Assembly (NCBI GenBank): GCA_051439505.1
Contig: JBFRWI010000227.1
Coordinates: 1 to 51,028, forward strand
From: Hormoscilla sp.
GTDB lineage: Bacteria > Cyanobacteriota > Cyanobacteriia > Cyanobacteriales > Desertifilaceae
Reading direction: 5' to 3'
DNA length: 51,028 nucleotides
The position numbers and the translations under genes are program-made. Shown here piece after piece: positions 9,777 through 21,674 of this stretch (positions are counted from its first letter, which is position 1; the number at the start of each line of letters is the position of its first letter). The notes under the pieces were generated by a model that saw only the letters and a list, made by a program, of their open reading frames with translations, did not search any database and was not told the DNA's origin.

Positions 9777-12700
9777 ATGCTGATGAGCAAAGCAGTCCGT
9801 CTACTATTAATCGATCGGCTCCCACAAGACTATCATCTGCTCCGCGATCTCCTCAGATCGATCGAAACCTCTCAGTTCGATCTAGACTGGGTGACTACTT
9901 CTGAGGCTCTTTCGCAAACAAGGACAGTTTATGATATCCATATAATCGAGCAGGGAGTACCAGTACCCGGCCAAGGCAGCAACTACCAATGGCTGCTAGA
10001 GCAAGTCACTCCAGCACCGGTTATCCTACTCACCAATAGTCAAGCGGCTGGCAGAGCCTCCCTGGAAGCCGGTGTGATGGACTATTGGGAAAAGAGTCAG
10101 CTATCTGCCCCCCTGTTAGAGCGATCGCTCCGTTTGACCCTGGCTGCTAAAAGAACTCAAACTCTGGTAGAATCAGAAAAGTTACACCGACTCGTCGTCA
10201 GCCAGATTGCCGATGCCCTGTTGCTCGCTGATGACACTGGCAGATTTACCGTTATTGGTCCTCATGCCGACGATATTTTTGGCTATACAACGGCAGAGAT
10301 TGAGAGGTTAGACAATATTAGTAAATTACTAGGGGAAAACCTCTTCGATGTCAAGGAACTGGAAAAAAATGGGCAAATTGCTAATCTCGAACGAGAAATC
10401 ACCGACAAGCAGTTACGAAAACGTTATTTACTGATCGATGTCAAGCGACTCTCGATGAAAGGGGGAACAGTTCTTTATATTTGCCGCGATATTACGGAAC
10501 GAAAACAGGCAGAAGAGGCGCAAATAAAAACTTTAGCTGAGCGGTTCAAAATCGCGCTCAAGACCGTGGGAGAAGGAATCACCATGAGCGATCGATCGGG
10601 TTATTTTGAAATCTTCAATTCAAAAATGGAGGAAATTACGGGTTACTCGAAAGCAGAAGCCAACAATTCTAAGAATTTATTGGCGCTGCTGTATCCCGAC
10701 CCCCAGGAGTATAACCAGGCATTTGCAGGCATATCAGATCTCCTCCAGTCAGGAGGATATCGGGATGTGGAAACGACAATTATCACCAAAGATGGGACCA
10801 GAAAAACAATCCTGCTTTCTTCCTCCCTGGTGCAGGTGCAAGGTGAATATTTGTTCTTGAGTGCTTATCGGGATATCAGCGATCGCAAACGAGCCCAAGA
10901 AGCACTGACTACAGAGAGAAACAAACTCGCTGCCGCTCAAGAAATAGCTCAAGTTGGCAGTTGGGAAGTAGATTTGGCGACCCAAAAAGTAACCTGGTCC
11001 CAGGAAACTTTCCGCATATTCGGGCTCGACCCCGATCGACCGACACCCAGATGGAGTAAACTGAAGATTTATCCTGAAGATCGACCATTGTGGGAAAGCA
11101 CCTTGAAGAGGACGATCGCTGAGGGTAAAGCCTTTGAAATTGAACATCGGATCGTGCAACCATTAGGTTTTATTCGCCACGCGATCACTAAGGGACAACC
11201 AATTTTTAACTCGGACTCTCAGGTGATTGGAATATTCGGCACAGTGCTGGATATTACCGAACGCAAGCTGGCGGAGGAAGAACTGCGCCACAGCAAGCTG
11301 TTCATTGAAGCAATTATTGACACCTCGCCCCAGCTATTATACATCTTAGATCTGACGACAGGGGGCAGCATTTATGCGAATCATCAAGTTGTGGAGATAT
11401 TGGGCTACAGGCCAGAGGAAGTAACGGAAGAGGGTAGAAAGTTTTTCCGCGATCGATTCCACCCAGATGACCTACATCTTCTGGATCGACTCCCCAACCG
11501 CTTCGCCAGGGTATCCGATGGAGAAGTAGTAGAGGTGGAGTTTCGGATCGGACATAAAAACGGTTCTTGGCGCTGGCTGCGGGCCCGGCAGGTGGTCTTT
11601 ACTAGAGATAATCACGGCGCGCCTAAGCATATTCTGGGCACGGCCCTGGATATTACCGATCGCCAGTTGGTGGAGATGCAATTGCGAGAAAGTGAAACGC
11701 GACTGAACACAATTGTCTCCAGTACCTCTGATGGGATTTTAATTGTGGACCGCCAAGGGTGGGTCAGATTTGCTAACCCCGCCGCAGCTCTACTGTTTAA
11801 CCGATCGCTAGAGGACTTGCTTGCCCAAGAATTTGGCAAGCCAATAGTAGTGGGTAACACGGCAGAGCTGCAGATATGTCGCGATCGCGGCGAACTTGGA
11901 TTTGGAGAAATGAGCGTAGCGGAAACGGAATGGTTAGGAGAATCGGTTTACGTGATATCATTGCGAGATATCACAGAACGGCGACAAGCAGAAGCAGCCC
12001 TGCGGGAAAGCGAACAGCGCTTCCGCCAGTTAGCAGAAAATATCCAGGATGTCTTTTGGCTGTTTGACCCGGAAACTGATAAGCTGCTCTATGTTTCTCC
12101 AGCTTACGAGCAAATCTCGGGACGTAGTTGCGCTAGTGTCTGTGCGAATATCCAAAACTGGATAGATGCTATCCTTCCAGAAGACAGAGAAATGGTAATA
12201 GCTAATATGGCGGCCCAGCGCTCGGGAAAAGCAACAACCCAAGAGTTGCGAATGCTCAAACCTAATGGGGAAATCTGCTGGATATGCGATCGCGCCTTCC
12301 CGATAAAAAATGAACGGGGCGCAGTCGTCCGCATTGCCGGCATTGCTGAAGATATCAGCGATCGCAAACAAGCCGAGACTGCCAATCGACAGCAACTGGA
12401 ACGGGAGCGTTTACTAGCACAGATCGCTCAAGACATCCGCAGGTCTTTGAATCTGGATGAGATTCTCAATACCACAGTTAATCAGGTACGCGAAGTTCTC
12501 CAAGGTGACCGGGCTTTAATCTTTCGTCTGGAGAGCGATCGCAGCGGTATTGTTACCCACGAATCTGTCAGTTCGGGTTGGCCTCCAACTATCGGATTCA
12601 GATTTGTCGATGAAGAATTTCCTCCAGATTGCTATCAAAACTACTGTGAAGGGAAACCCAGAATTATCCCGGACATAAAGCGCGATCCCGTGGCTGCCTG

Positions 12701-13610
12701 TCTGCTAGCAGATTTGCAACAGTTAGGAGTAAAATCTAAACTAGCAGTTCCCATTCTCCAGCGAGAAACCCTTTGGGGACTGCTGATTGTCCATAAATGT
12801 GCAGAAATCCGCTATTGGGAAACTTGGGAAGTGAGTCTGCTGGGAGAATTGGCAACTCAGGTGGCGATCGCGATCCAGCAAGCGGAACTGCTAGAAAAGG
12901 AAACTCGTCAGCGAGAAGAATTAGCTCGTTCTAATGCGGAACTAGAACAGTTTGCTTACATCGCGTCCCACGATTTGCGAGAACCCCTGCGGACAATTAT
13001 CAGTTACGCCCAACTGCTGGAGGAAGATTACAAAGGTCAACTGGATGCGGATGCGGATGAGAACATGTACTATATTGTAGATGCGGCTACCCGGATGCAG
13101 CAGTTAATTAAAGACTTGCTGACTTTTTCCCGGGTGGGAACCCGTCAGCGAAAATTCGCGCCCACTGACTGCAACTCAGTTATGGAACGGGTACTGGTAA
13201 ATCTGAAAATCGCGATCGCCGAAAGCGCGGCAACAATAACTTACGATCTCCTGCCCACCCTAGTGGCAGATGAGTTGCAATTGACTCAGCTGTTCCAAAA
13301 TTTGATTGGTAATGGGCTAAAATTTAGAGGCCAACGACCGCCGGTAATTCACATATCGGCATTCCCTCGGGAAGATGAATGGTGTTTCTGCGTGCGGGAT
13401 AATGGTATTGGTATCGAGCAGCAGTATGCCGATCGCATCTTTGCCATTTTCCAACGCCTGCACAGCCGCAAGCAATATGAAGGCACTGGCATTGGTTTGG
13501 CAATTTGCCAGAAAATTGTCCAGCGTCATGGCGGACGCATCTGGGTAGAATCTACCTTGGGACAAGGGGCGGCATTTTATTTTACAATTTCTCACCAAAC
13601 CCCTAATTGA
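9777..13610 (+). CDS. Histidine kinase: pseudo-REC, multiple PAS/PAC, cyanobacteriochrome-type GAF, HisKA and HATPase
   Basis: Repeated RDITERK PAC motifs; GAF ending LWGLLIVH..RYW; H-box FAYIASHDLREPL; DNGIGI and GTGIGL boxes. Confidence 0.92.
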   Translation: MLMSKAVRLLLIDRLPQDYHLLRDLLRSIETSQFDLDWVTTSEALSQTRTVYDIHIIEQGVPVPGQGSNYQWLLEQVTPAPVILLTNSQAAGRASLEAGVMDYWEKSQLSAPLLERSLRLTLAAKRTQTLVESEKLHRLVVSQIADALLLADDTGRFTVIGPHADDIFGYTTAEIERLDNISKLLGENLFDVKELEKNGQIANLEREITDKQLRKRYLLIDVKRLSMKGGTVLYICRDITERKQAEEAQIKTLAERFKIALKTVGEGITMSDRSGYFEIFNSKMEEITGYSKAEANNSKNLLALLYPDPQEYNQAFAGISDLLQSGGYRDVETTIITKDGTRKTILLSSSLVQVQGEYLFLSAYRDISDRKRAQEALTTERNKLAAAQEIAQVGSWEVDLATQKVTWSQETFRIFGLDPDRPTPRWSKLKIYPEDRPLWESTLKRTIAEGKAFEIEHRIVQPLGFIRHAITKGQPIFNSDSQVIGIFGTVLDITERKLAEEELRHSKLFIEAIIDTSPQLLYILDLTTGGSIYANHQVVEILGYRPEEVTEEGRKFFRDRFHPDDLHLLDRLPNRFARVSDGEVVEVEFRIGHKNGSWRWLRARQVVFTRDNHGAPKHILGTALDITDRQLVEMQLRESETRLNTIVSSTSDGILIVDRQGWVRFANPAAALLFNRSLEDLLAQEFGKPIVVGNTAELQICRDRGELGFGEMSVAETEWLGESVYVISLRDITERRQAEAALRESEQRFRQLAENIQDVFWLFDPETDKLLYVSPAYEQISGRSCASVCANIQNWIDAILPEDREMVIANMAAQRSGKATTQELRMLKPNGEICWICDRAFPIKNERGAVVRIAGIAEDISDRKQAETANRQQLERERLLAQIAQDIRRSLNLDEILNTTVNQVREVLQGDRALIFRLESDRSGIVTHESVSSGWPPTIGFRFVDEEFPPDCYQNYCEGKPRIIPDIKRDPVAACLLADLQQLGVKSKLAVPILQRETLWGLLIVHKCAEIRYWETWEVSLLGELATQVAIAIQQAELLEKETRQREELARSNAELEQFAYIASHDLREPLRTIISYAQLLEEDYKGQLDADADENMYYIVDAATRMQQLIKDLLTFSRVGTRQRKFAPTDCNSVMERVLVNLKIAIAESAATITYDLLPTLVADELQLTQLFQNLIGNGLKFRGQRPPVIHISAFPREDEWCFCVRDNGIGIEQQYADRIFAIFQRLHSRKQYEGTGIGLAICQKIVQRHGGRIWVESTLGQGAAFYFTISHQTPN

Positions 13611-13626
13611 ATTAAAATCATAGTAA

Positions 13627-14067
13627 ATGGATGGGAACAAAGTAGCACAAATTCTTGTAGTCGAGGATAATCCTAGCGTTGCCAACTTGATGATCAAAGC
13701 TTTTGAGAGGACAAAGACTCTCAAGCAGTTACATGTGGTTGAAGATGGAGTGGAGGCGATCGCGTTTTTACGCCAGTCTGAAAAATATGCCCAGATGCCG
13801 CGTCCGGACATAATTTTGCTAGACTTGAACCTGCCGCGAAAAAACGGTCACGAGGTGTTGGCGGAAATCAAGAGCGATCCTAACCTGAAACTGATTCCCG
13901 TAATCGTGTGTACTACCTCAGAATCTCCCGATGACATTAGAAAAAGTTACCAGCTAAACGCTAACTGCTATATTACTGTACCAGTTCAGCTGAAGCAGTT
14001 TATGTCGATAGTAGAACAGATTTGTGATTTTTGGTTAACTGCTGTCAAGTTGCCCGATCTTGATTAA
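13627..14067 (+). CDS. Rcp1-like single-domain response regulator
   Basis: ILVVEDN, PDIILLDLNLPRKNG, FWLTAVKLP C-terminus. Confidence 0.9.
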   Translation: MDGNKVAQILVVEDNPSVANLMIKAFERTKTLKQLHVVEDGVEAIAFLRQSEKYAQMPRPDIILLDLNLPRKNGHEVLAEIKSDPNLKLIPVIVCTTSESPDDIRKSYQLNANCYITVPVQLKQFMSIVEQICDFWLTAVKLPDLD

Positions 14068-14083
14068 ACAGAGATGATAAAAA

Positions 14084-15199
14084 ATGCATGATAATTTACT
14101 GAAAGTCCTATTGGTAGAGGACAATAAACCAGATGCCCGCCTATTAGAAAAGCTGTTGGCCAAAGCAGAAAGGAATAAATATGAGTTGCGGCAGATAGAA
14201 CTGCTGCAAGAGGCGATCGCCTGTCTGCAAGCAGACAATTTTGATGTGGTATTATTGGATCTGGGACTCCCCGATAGCCAGGGGTTGGAGACGGTCAGAC
14301 AAATGCATGCAGCAGTTCCTCAAGTCCCGATCGTGGTGCTGACGGGTTGGGACGATCAAGAAATTGCCGTCCAGGCCCTGCGGGAGGGAGCCCAAGATTA
14401 CTTGGTGAAAGGGGAAATTCAGCCCCTATGGCTCGTTCGTGCGATTAATTATGCGATCGAGCGGGAAAAAATGCTGGAGAAACTAGAGAACTTAAACTCC
14501 GAACTGGCCCGATCGAACCAGGAACTGGAACAATTCGCATACATAGTCTCCCACGATCTGCAACAACCCTTGATGAGTATCAGTGGATTTGCTAAGTTGT
14601 TCGTCAAGACTTACGAGGACCGTCTGGATGCTCAGGCCCTCCATTTTATCGATCGGATAGTGACTGGGGCGAATCGCATGCAAGAATTGATTAAGGATTT
14701 GCTCAGCTATTCTCGCCTCGGAAAAAAGGAGTTTGTCTTAGATGCGACTGACTGTAACCAGGTAGTAGCACAGGTCCTGAGCAATTTACAAGGGGCGATC
14801 GCCTCTAGTGGTGCGATCGTCGCCTATGAAAATATGCCCACAGTCATGGCCAATGAATGGCAAATAGCCCAGCTATTCCAAAACCTAATTGCCAATGCCA
14901 TTAAATATAGCCGCCCAGATTTAGCGCCTCGGGTAAATGTTTCCGTAGAAATGAAGCAAGAATTAAATGAATGGCAGTTTGGCATTCATGATAATGGCAT
15001 TGGCATAAAACCAGAACACTTTGAACGCATCTTTGATATTTTTCAACGTCTGCACAATGCCGAGGAATATTCAGGCACTGGCATTGGTTTAGCCATCTGT
15101 AAAAAGATTGTTGAAAGTCATAAAGGGCGCATCTGGGTAGAATCTGAGTTAGGTGTTGGCACGAGCTTTTACTTTACCATTCCCGAGCCAGATATGTAG
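14084..15199 (+). CDS. REC-histidine kinase (Cph1-type kinase core)
   Basis: DVVLLDLGLPD receiver; FAYIVSHDLQQPL H-box; GTGIGL. Confidence 0.9.
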   Translation: MHDNLLKVLLVEDNKPDARLLEKLLAKAERNKYELRQIELLQEAIACLQADNFDVVLLDLGLPDSQGLETVRQMHAAVPQVPIVVLTGWDDQEIAVQALREGAQDYLVKGEIQPLWLVRAINYAIEREKMLEKLENLNSELARSNQELEQFAYIVSHDLQQPLMSISGFAKLFVKTYEDRLDAQALHFIDRIVTGANRMQELIKDLLSYSRLGKKEFVLDATDCNQVVAQVLSNLQGAIASSGAIVAYENMPTVMANEWQIAQLFQNLIANAIKYSRPDLAPRVNVSVEMKQELNEWQFGIHDNGIGIKPEHFERIFDIFQRLHNAEEYSGTGIGLAICKKIVESHKGRIWVESELGVGTSFYFTIPEPDM

Positions 15200-15261
15200 A
15201 CATTTTACTTGACTATGATATCATAATAATTGACTATTTTTTAGTTATAACGGAGGAAAAA

Positions 15262-15900
15262 ATGCTAGTAGAAGTCAAACAAATAACCGTACCGCCAGGA
15301 AATAGATTGCTAGTCCAAGATGTCGGGTGGCAAGACTTTGAAGCAATTTTAGCAGATTTAGGAGAACATCGCGGTGCTAGAGTAGCTTATGACAACAGCA
15401 TCTTGGAAATTATCACCCCCTTGGCGGGATATGAAAGTAGCAAACAATTGACAAAAGACTTATTAACAGCAATCCTGGAAGAACTAGATATTGAATTTTG
15501 GCCTCTAGGTTCGACGACTTTTACAAATCACTTGCTGCAAATAGGGATAGAACCTGATGACTGTTTTTACATTGAAAATGAGGCAGCAGTACGCGGCAAG
15601 GATCGCTTAGACTTGACAAAAGACCCCCCACCTGATTTTGCTTTAGAAATTGACGTGACTTCTCGGACCCATCCCAGTATATACGAGAAATTGGGAGTCT
15701 CAGAACTTTGGCGCTTCGAGAAAGGGAAGTTGAAAATTAACGTGCTGCAAAATGGTCGGTATGTAGAATCAGATACTAGCTTGCATTTCCAGAATTTGCC
15801 AGTCAAAGAGGCGATACCGCAATACCTCGATCGGTGTAAAATTCAGGGAAGGAATCAAACGATGAAAGCTTTTCGCGCTTGGGTGCGATCGCAAATTTAA
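15262..15900 (+). CDS. Uma2-family endonuclease-like protein
   Basis: LGSTTF, IEPDDCFYI, DPPPDFALEID, GVSELWRF; GGAGG RBS. Confidence 0.9.
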   Translation: MLVEVKQITVPPGNRLLVQDVGWQDFEAILADLGEHRGARVAYDNSILEIITPLAGYESSKQLTKDLLTAILEELDIEFWPLGSTTFTNHLLQIGIEPDDCFYIENEAAVRGKDRLDLTKDPPPDFALEIDVTSRTHPSIYEKLGVSELWRFEKGKLKINVLQNGRYVESDTSLHFQNLPVKEAIPQYLDRCKIQGRNQTMKAFRAWVRSQI

Positions 15901-16253
15901 GTGCGGGTTTAGGGGGGTTGAAGATGGCGATCGCCCTCTGCTTGGGCGAGACGGCTGCATTACTACCGGTTGTAGAGCAGCAAAATTTACCACAACTGTT
16001 GCAGCATTCCTATTCGTCGATTTCTTCTTTGGTGACGATATATTTGATTGAAGGCCGGATCCCCCAGACCCACTGCGCGATCGCCGCAAGCGATCGGCCC
16101 CGTTGGCCCCCTATTCTGCCCGGCCACCCACCCAGGGACAGTTTCACTCACCCAGTTTCCGCAAAATTTTGCTTCATACCCCGATCGGTTGTGCAAGATA
16201 TGAGTTACAATAGTCGATCGCAAGCCCAAGCCAAATCATAGTTGGAGGTGTGA

Positions 16254-16559
16254 TTGCCATTGTCGAAGTTTATATTGAAGATTCTCTGGCTAGACGAAAA
16301 CGTCGCCATAGCCGTAGATCAAGTGGTGGGTAAGGGGCTGAGCCCTTTGACAAAGTACTTTTTCTGGCCCCGGAACGATGCCTGGGAAGATCTGAAAAAG
16401 GAGCTGGAGGACAAGACATGGATCGCTGATGTCGATCGCATTGCCTTGCTCAATCAAGCCACCGAAGTGATCAACTACTGGCAAGAGGAAGGTAGAAAGC
16501 GTCCCATGTCTGAAGCTCAGAGTAAATTTCCCGAAGTTGCTTTTACCGGTAGCAGTTAG
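16254..16559 (+). CDS. ycf65: 30S ribosomal protein PSRP-3 (Ycf65)
   Basis: [49 protein letters not shown] start. Confidence 0.93.
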   Translation: MPLSKFILKILWLDENVAIAVDQVVGKGLSPLTKYFFWPRNDAWEDLKKELEDKTWIADVDRIALLNQATEVINYWQEEGRKRPMSEAQSKFPEVAFTGSS

Positions 16560-16590
16560 ACGAGCACTCTTTCTTTTGCTCCCCCCCGAT

Positions 16591-16631
16591 CGCAAGACTC
16601 CTCCACGGTTTGTGGGAGGAGTCTTGCGTTT
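16591..16631. terminator. Terminator between convergent psrp-3 and atpC
   Basis: CGCAAGACTCCTCC...GGAGGAGTCTTGCG followed by TTT. Confidence 0.8.
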
Positions 16632-16670
16632 GTATGTACTTCCCAGGGCCCGTCATGGCCAATGCTGTGC

Positions 16671-17087
16671 TTAGATTTGCGCCAGGCCACCAGCAGCTTG
16701 GAAACGAGCCCGAGCCCGCTTTATGGCCTGAGTTGCCTGAATTTTCTCTTGCCGGTCTTCACCAGCGTTAGCCTTGTTCAGGCGCTCCTCCGCTTCCGAG
16801 TAAGCAATGCGAGCCTCTTCTCTATCTATGCTATCGCCTCGCTCGGCTCCGTTCACCAAAATGGTCACCTCATTGTTGTCCACTTCCGCAAACCCTCCCA
16901 TGAGGGCGATCGGCACCCAATCTTTTTCTGGGCGCACTTGCATCACGCCAGTATCCAGAGCCGTTAACAGGGGAGCGTGATCGGAGAGGATCCCCACTTG
17001 ACCGGTGATGCTAGGCAAAATTACTTCCTGAGCTGTCGAATCCCAGACCGTTTTGTCTGGAGCAATTACCCGAACGGTTAAAGTCAT
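16671..17087 (-). CDS. atpC: ATP synthase F1 epsilon subunit
   Basis: [31 protein letters not shown]; downstream of the beta subunit. Confidence 0.97.
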   Translation of the reverse strand: MTLTVRVIAPDKTVWDSTAQEVILPSITGQVGILSDHAPLLTALDTGVMQVRPEKDWVPIALMGGFAEVDNNEVTILVNGAERGDSIDREEARIAYSEAEERLNKANAGEDRQEKIQATQAIKRARARFQAAGGLAQI

Positions 17088-17118
17088 TCGTCCTTTGTCC
17101 TTTCTCAATAAGTCCCAT

Positions 17119-17219
17119 CGTTCGTAGTAAGGACTTTAGTCCTTGCGCTCCGGAAGGAAGCACGCTTCGTGCCTTACTACAAACCTAGAGATAAGCACGA
17201 AGAAGTGCTTACTACAAAC
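17119..17219. repeat. GTT(C/T)GTAGTAAG-type REP cluster
   Basis: GTTCGTAGTAAGGACTTTAGTCCTT plus inverted CTTACTACAAAC copies; same family at 6912, 18791 and 22298. Confidence 0.7.
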
Positions 17220-17221
17220 AA

Positions 17222-18676
<1,455 letters not shown>

Positions 18677-18790
18677 TCAGTTATTAGGTGACTGGCGGAC
18701 AGTCTTAATTTATGCTTAAATTGCCATCTTTCAGATTATCACTGAAAAGGCTCGACTCAGATTTTTTTCCTCTCAATCTCACCCGTGGGA

Positions 18791-18911
18791 CCGGCGACCG
18801 TTCGTAGTAAGCGCTTTAGCGCTTCACCCGCCGTCGCCGTTCGTAATAAGCGCTAAAGCGCTTCACCCGCCGGCGACCGTTCGTAGTCAGCGCTTGAGCG
18901 CTTCACCCGCC
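18791..18911. repeat. Three tandem ~40-bp REP-like units
   Basis: CCGTTCGTAGTAAGCGCT-nn-AGCGCTTCACCCG three times, no unique spacers. Confidence 0.8.
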
Positions 18912-18969
18912 AGCATGCCGATCGAAGTATAATCGCGGTAAATGCTGCTGTCTACCAATTGAATTGAGC

Positions 18970-20310
18970 ATGAGAGTAGTCGATCGCACTTCTAACAATT
19001 TGCGCCAACCGCCCCCCCTCTTTACCACGCCCTCCTGGATGTTCTGGAGTTCCTTGTTGATCTTGACTACTCTATTATCGGCATCGATGGGAGCATTTGT
19101 AGCTTTGCTTGCTCCCGACAGCTTGAGCAGCATTCCCCGCACGGTGGCGGGCCGATCGCTCGGACATTTGTGGCGTCACGGCTTTCAATATCGGTTAACC
19201 CGACCGGTGCATATTTTGATTATGGGCATCGATCGGGTGCCTGGAGCAAAAGCAAAAGAAAATTCCCCGGAGAGCTTTTATGGCCACAGCGACACCCTGC
19301 TGGTGCTGCGAGTCGATCCCAACGATAATTCTCTGAGCATGCTTTCTCTGCCCCGAGACACCCAGGTGTATGTCCCGGCCCTGGGTTGGCAGAAGCTTTC
19401 TCATATTAATTATTTGAGTGGTCCGGACTTGACTGTCCAGGCTGTCAGTAACATTCTCAACGACCTGCCCATTGACCGCTATATCCGAGTTGGCACTGGT
19501 GCTTTTCGGGAGTTGGTGGATCTGGTGGATGGGGTGGAGGTGTTTGTCTCGCGCCCGATGCATTATGTGGACTACACCCAGGGATTAAAAATCGATCTGC
19601 TGCCGGGATGGCAAACTTTGAATGGCAAGGAGGCGTCTGATTTTGCCCGCTTCCGGGCGGATGAGTTAGGGGATATCGGCAGGGTGCAGCGCCAGCAAGC
19701 TGTGATCAAATCATTGCGCCAGCGTCTGAACAGTGCTTCAGTGTTGCCCCGTTTGCCTCAACTGATTCGGGTGATGCACAAGCATATCGATACTAATATT
19801 AGTTCCCAAGAAATGCGAGCGCTTGTGAGTCTGGCTTTGCAAATCGAACCGGAAAACTTCAAGCAGGTAATGCTGCCCGGTCGTTATAGTTATCCCGGGG
19901 AGTACCCTACTAGCTACTGGGTGTTCGACCCTCGCGGGCGCGATCGGGTGTTGCGGGAATATTTCCACATGTACTGGATGGGCAATGCTTGGAGTGACTA
20001 TTCCGGTACTAGCGTCTCCAGCGGGCGATCGCCTAAATCTCTGAGGATTGCGATTCAAAACGCGACAGGGGAACCGAACATGGCCCGTCAACTGGCCCAG
20101 AAGCTGCAAAAACAGGGTTTTTATAATTTGTACTTGGTTGAGGATTGGTCGGTAGAGGTACTTTACACCCAGATTATCGTGCAAAAAGGGGACATCGTCG
20201 GAGCTAACTACCTGAAAAGAGTTTTAGACCAGGGTAAAATTGAAGCCAGTTCCACTGGAGATGTCCATTCTGACTTGACTATTAGGATCGGTAAAGACTG
20301 GCTCGAATAA
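18970..20310 (+). CDS. LytR-CpsA-Psr (LCP) protein with LytR_C domain
   Basis: ILIMGID, SDTLLV, LSLPRDT, ARFR..GDIGRVQRQQ, IQNATG..DLTIRIGKDW. Confidence 0.92.
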   Translation: MRVVDRTSNNLRQPPPLFTTPSWMFWSSLLILTTLLSASMGAFVALLAPDSLSSIPRTVAGRSLGHLWRHGFQYRLTRPVHILIMGIDRVPGAKAKENSPESFYGHSDTLLVLRVDPNDNSLSMLSLPRDTQVYVPALGWQKLSHINYLSGPDLTVQAVSNILNDLPIDRYIRVGTGAFRELVDLVDGVEVFVSRPMHYVDYTQGLKIDLLPGWQTLNGKEASDFARFRADELGDIGRVQRQQAVIKSLRQRLNSASVLPRLPQLIRVMHKHIDTNISSQEMRALVSLALQIEPENFKQVMLPGRYSYPGEYPTSYWVFDPRGRDRVLREYFHMYWMGNAWSDYSGTSVSSGRSPKSLRIAIQNATGEPNMARQLAQKLQKQGFYNLYLVEDWSVEVLYTQIIVQKGDIVGANYLKRVLDQGKIEASSTGDVHSDLTIRIGKDWLE

Positions 20311-20354
20311 TTGCGATCGCGATCCGCCGATCAAGTCATAAGTTGCATCACATC

Positions 20355-20622
20355 CAATACTTCAAGGGATACAACCTGTCATTGCGAGGGCGAAACCAAA
20401 ACCGACATTTTAGGGATCTCTGCCAGGATCCCCCCGAAGCAATCTCACCGACGACGCAGGACTGTTCTTCATCTTATACTAGACGGGGGGATTGCTAGCG
20501 CTCCTGCGTCGCGCCGCTGCGCTAACGGGGGGGTTAACTCAATTGAGCAGGCCGTGATCGCTACGTACCCCCCCCTCGCAATGACAAATGTACTTGCAGC
20601 CATGATTAACCGAGAAGTATTG
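20355..20622. mobile_element. CAATACTTC-family MITE (268 bp, IS4-like ends)
   Basis: TIR CAATACTTC / GAAGTATTG; perfect 10-bp TSD GCATCACATC. Confidence 0.9.
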
Positions 20623-20642
20623 GCATCACATCCATCCAAGTG

Positions 20643-20676
20643 AAAAACCGGGTTTCTCGTCGAAACCCGGTTTTTT
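20643..20676 (+). terminator. Palindrome / terminator
   Basis: AAAAACCGGGTTTC...GAAACCCGGTTTTTTT. Confidence 0.65.
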
Positions 20677-21060
20677 AATTCAGCACATTTGCAAATGGCG
20701 CGATCGGCCCGCCCCCCCTTTTTTTTGCGTCATAAACCTGTACCACAAATGCTTCCCAAAATGCTGTTAAATAAAGTTTGTTCAGATTCAAGTTTCAATG
20801 GGTTTGGGGAATTGTTTTTTTTGAGATGTATAATGGATAAATTGGGGCGGATGCGATCTCAGAATATGATTCAGCCTGCTGAATGGGGTGGTTATCGCGT
20901 GGGGGCTAGAAACTCGGGAACTCCTCTCTTACCGGGTTTCTTCTGGAGTATGAGCGATCGACTCTTTTGACCACATCCCGCTTAATGTGGTAGGTTGGTT
21001 TTCAGTAATTTACTTAACTAATGTTGTTATTCTTGTCCAAAATTTTATTAAAAAATATTC

Positions 21061-21109
21061 AAAAAAGTTTAAAAATGGGTTGACAAAAGCAGTCAGTCAA
21101 TGCTATGCT
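21061..21109 (+). promoter_or_regulatory. Strong sigma70-type promoter with UP element
   Basis: A-tracts, TTGACA at 21080-21085, 18-bp spacer, extended -10 TGcTATGCT at 21101-21109. Confidence 0.65.
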
Positions 21110-21674
21110 AATGGTGGAGGAGGGGGTGGTGGGCGGGACTTTTTAAAGCGCAGCTTTGAAAAAAAATAAAGCAAATGGTTCGTTAGTAACGGTAAAATTG
21201 TTTTGGTAATAACATTTGACTTTCAGCTCATGTTACCGGGTTAAGAGCGGTCATGGCATTGAATTATCGTCGTTCGCGGCATGCTCGACCCGGTTGATAG
21301 CTTCTACTATATCGATGTTATGGTATAGTAATTTGTGAAAAAATCCGATCGATATGCGATCGCTTGCTATTAGTGACAATTTAAGAATAATGCCCTATTC
21401 CTTGATGTTAAGTTCCCTAGCGTCCACCCCACCTACGGGTTAATGCCGGGTTTCCTGGGATCCCACCGAAGGACCGTGCAACCAATAAGGCCAGAGTCGG
21501 GGAACCTGAAACATTTTTCTTCGCGTCGTCTGTACCTGTAGCCCATGGTTGATACCACGCTACGGGATATTACCCTGCCAGAGTACCCTACCAGAGAATT
21601 TCCATGGCCAAAATCCTGTTTTCTGGGGGAGTCCTCCGTAGGGTTTGTTACATCTACAGACTAGGATTGAGAAA

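Noticed and set aside
15879..16241. Overlapping short ORFs upstream of psrp-3
   Set aside because: No recognisable motifs in any frame; probably promoter/intergenic DNA
18791..18911. Possible mini-CRISPR (three ~40-bp palindromic repeats)
   Set aside because: Units are contiguous with no unique spacers, there are no cas genes, and the motif is a dispersed REP family
20311..20643. 110-aa ORF, and similar ORFs at 6679, 33680, 37753, 37855, 45426 and 45531
   Set aside because: They are translations of MITE sequence
21143..21172. Match TTAAAGCGCAGCTTT..AAAAATAAAGC shared with ~43693
   Set aside because: A short palindrome plus an A-tract in unrelated contexts; probably a small dispersed repeat, which also weakens the boxA reading
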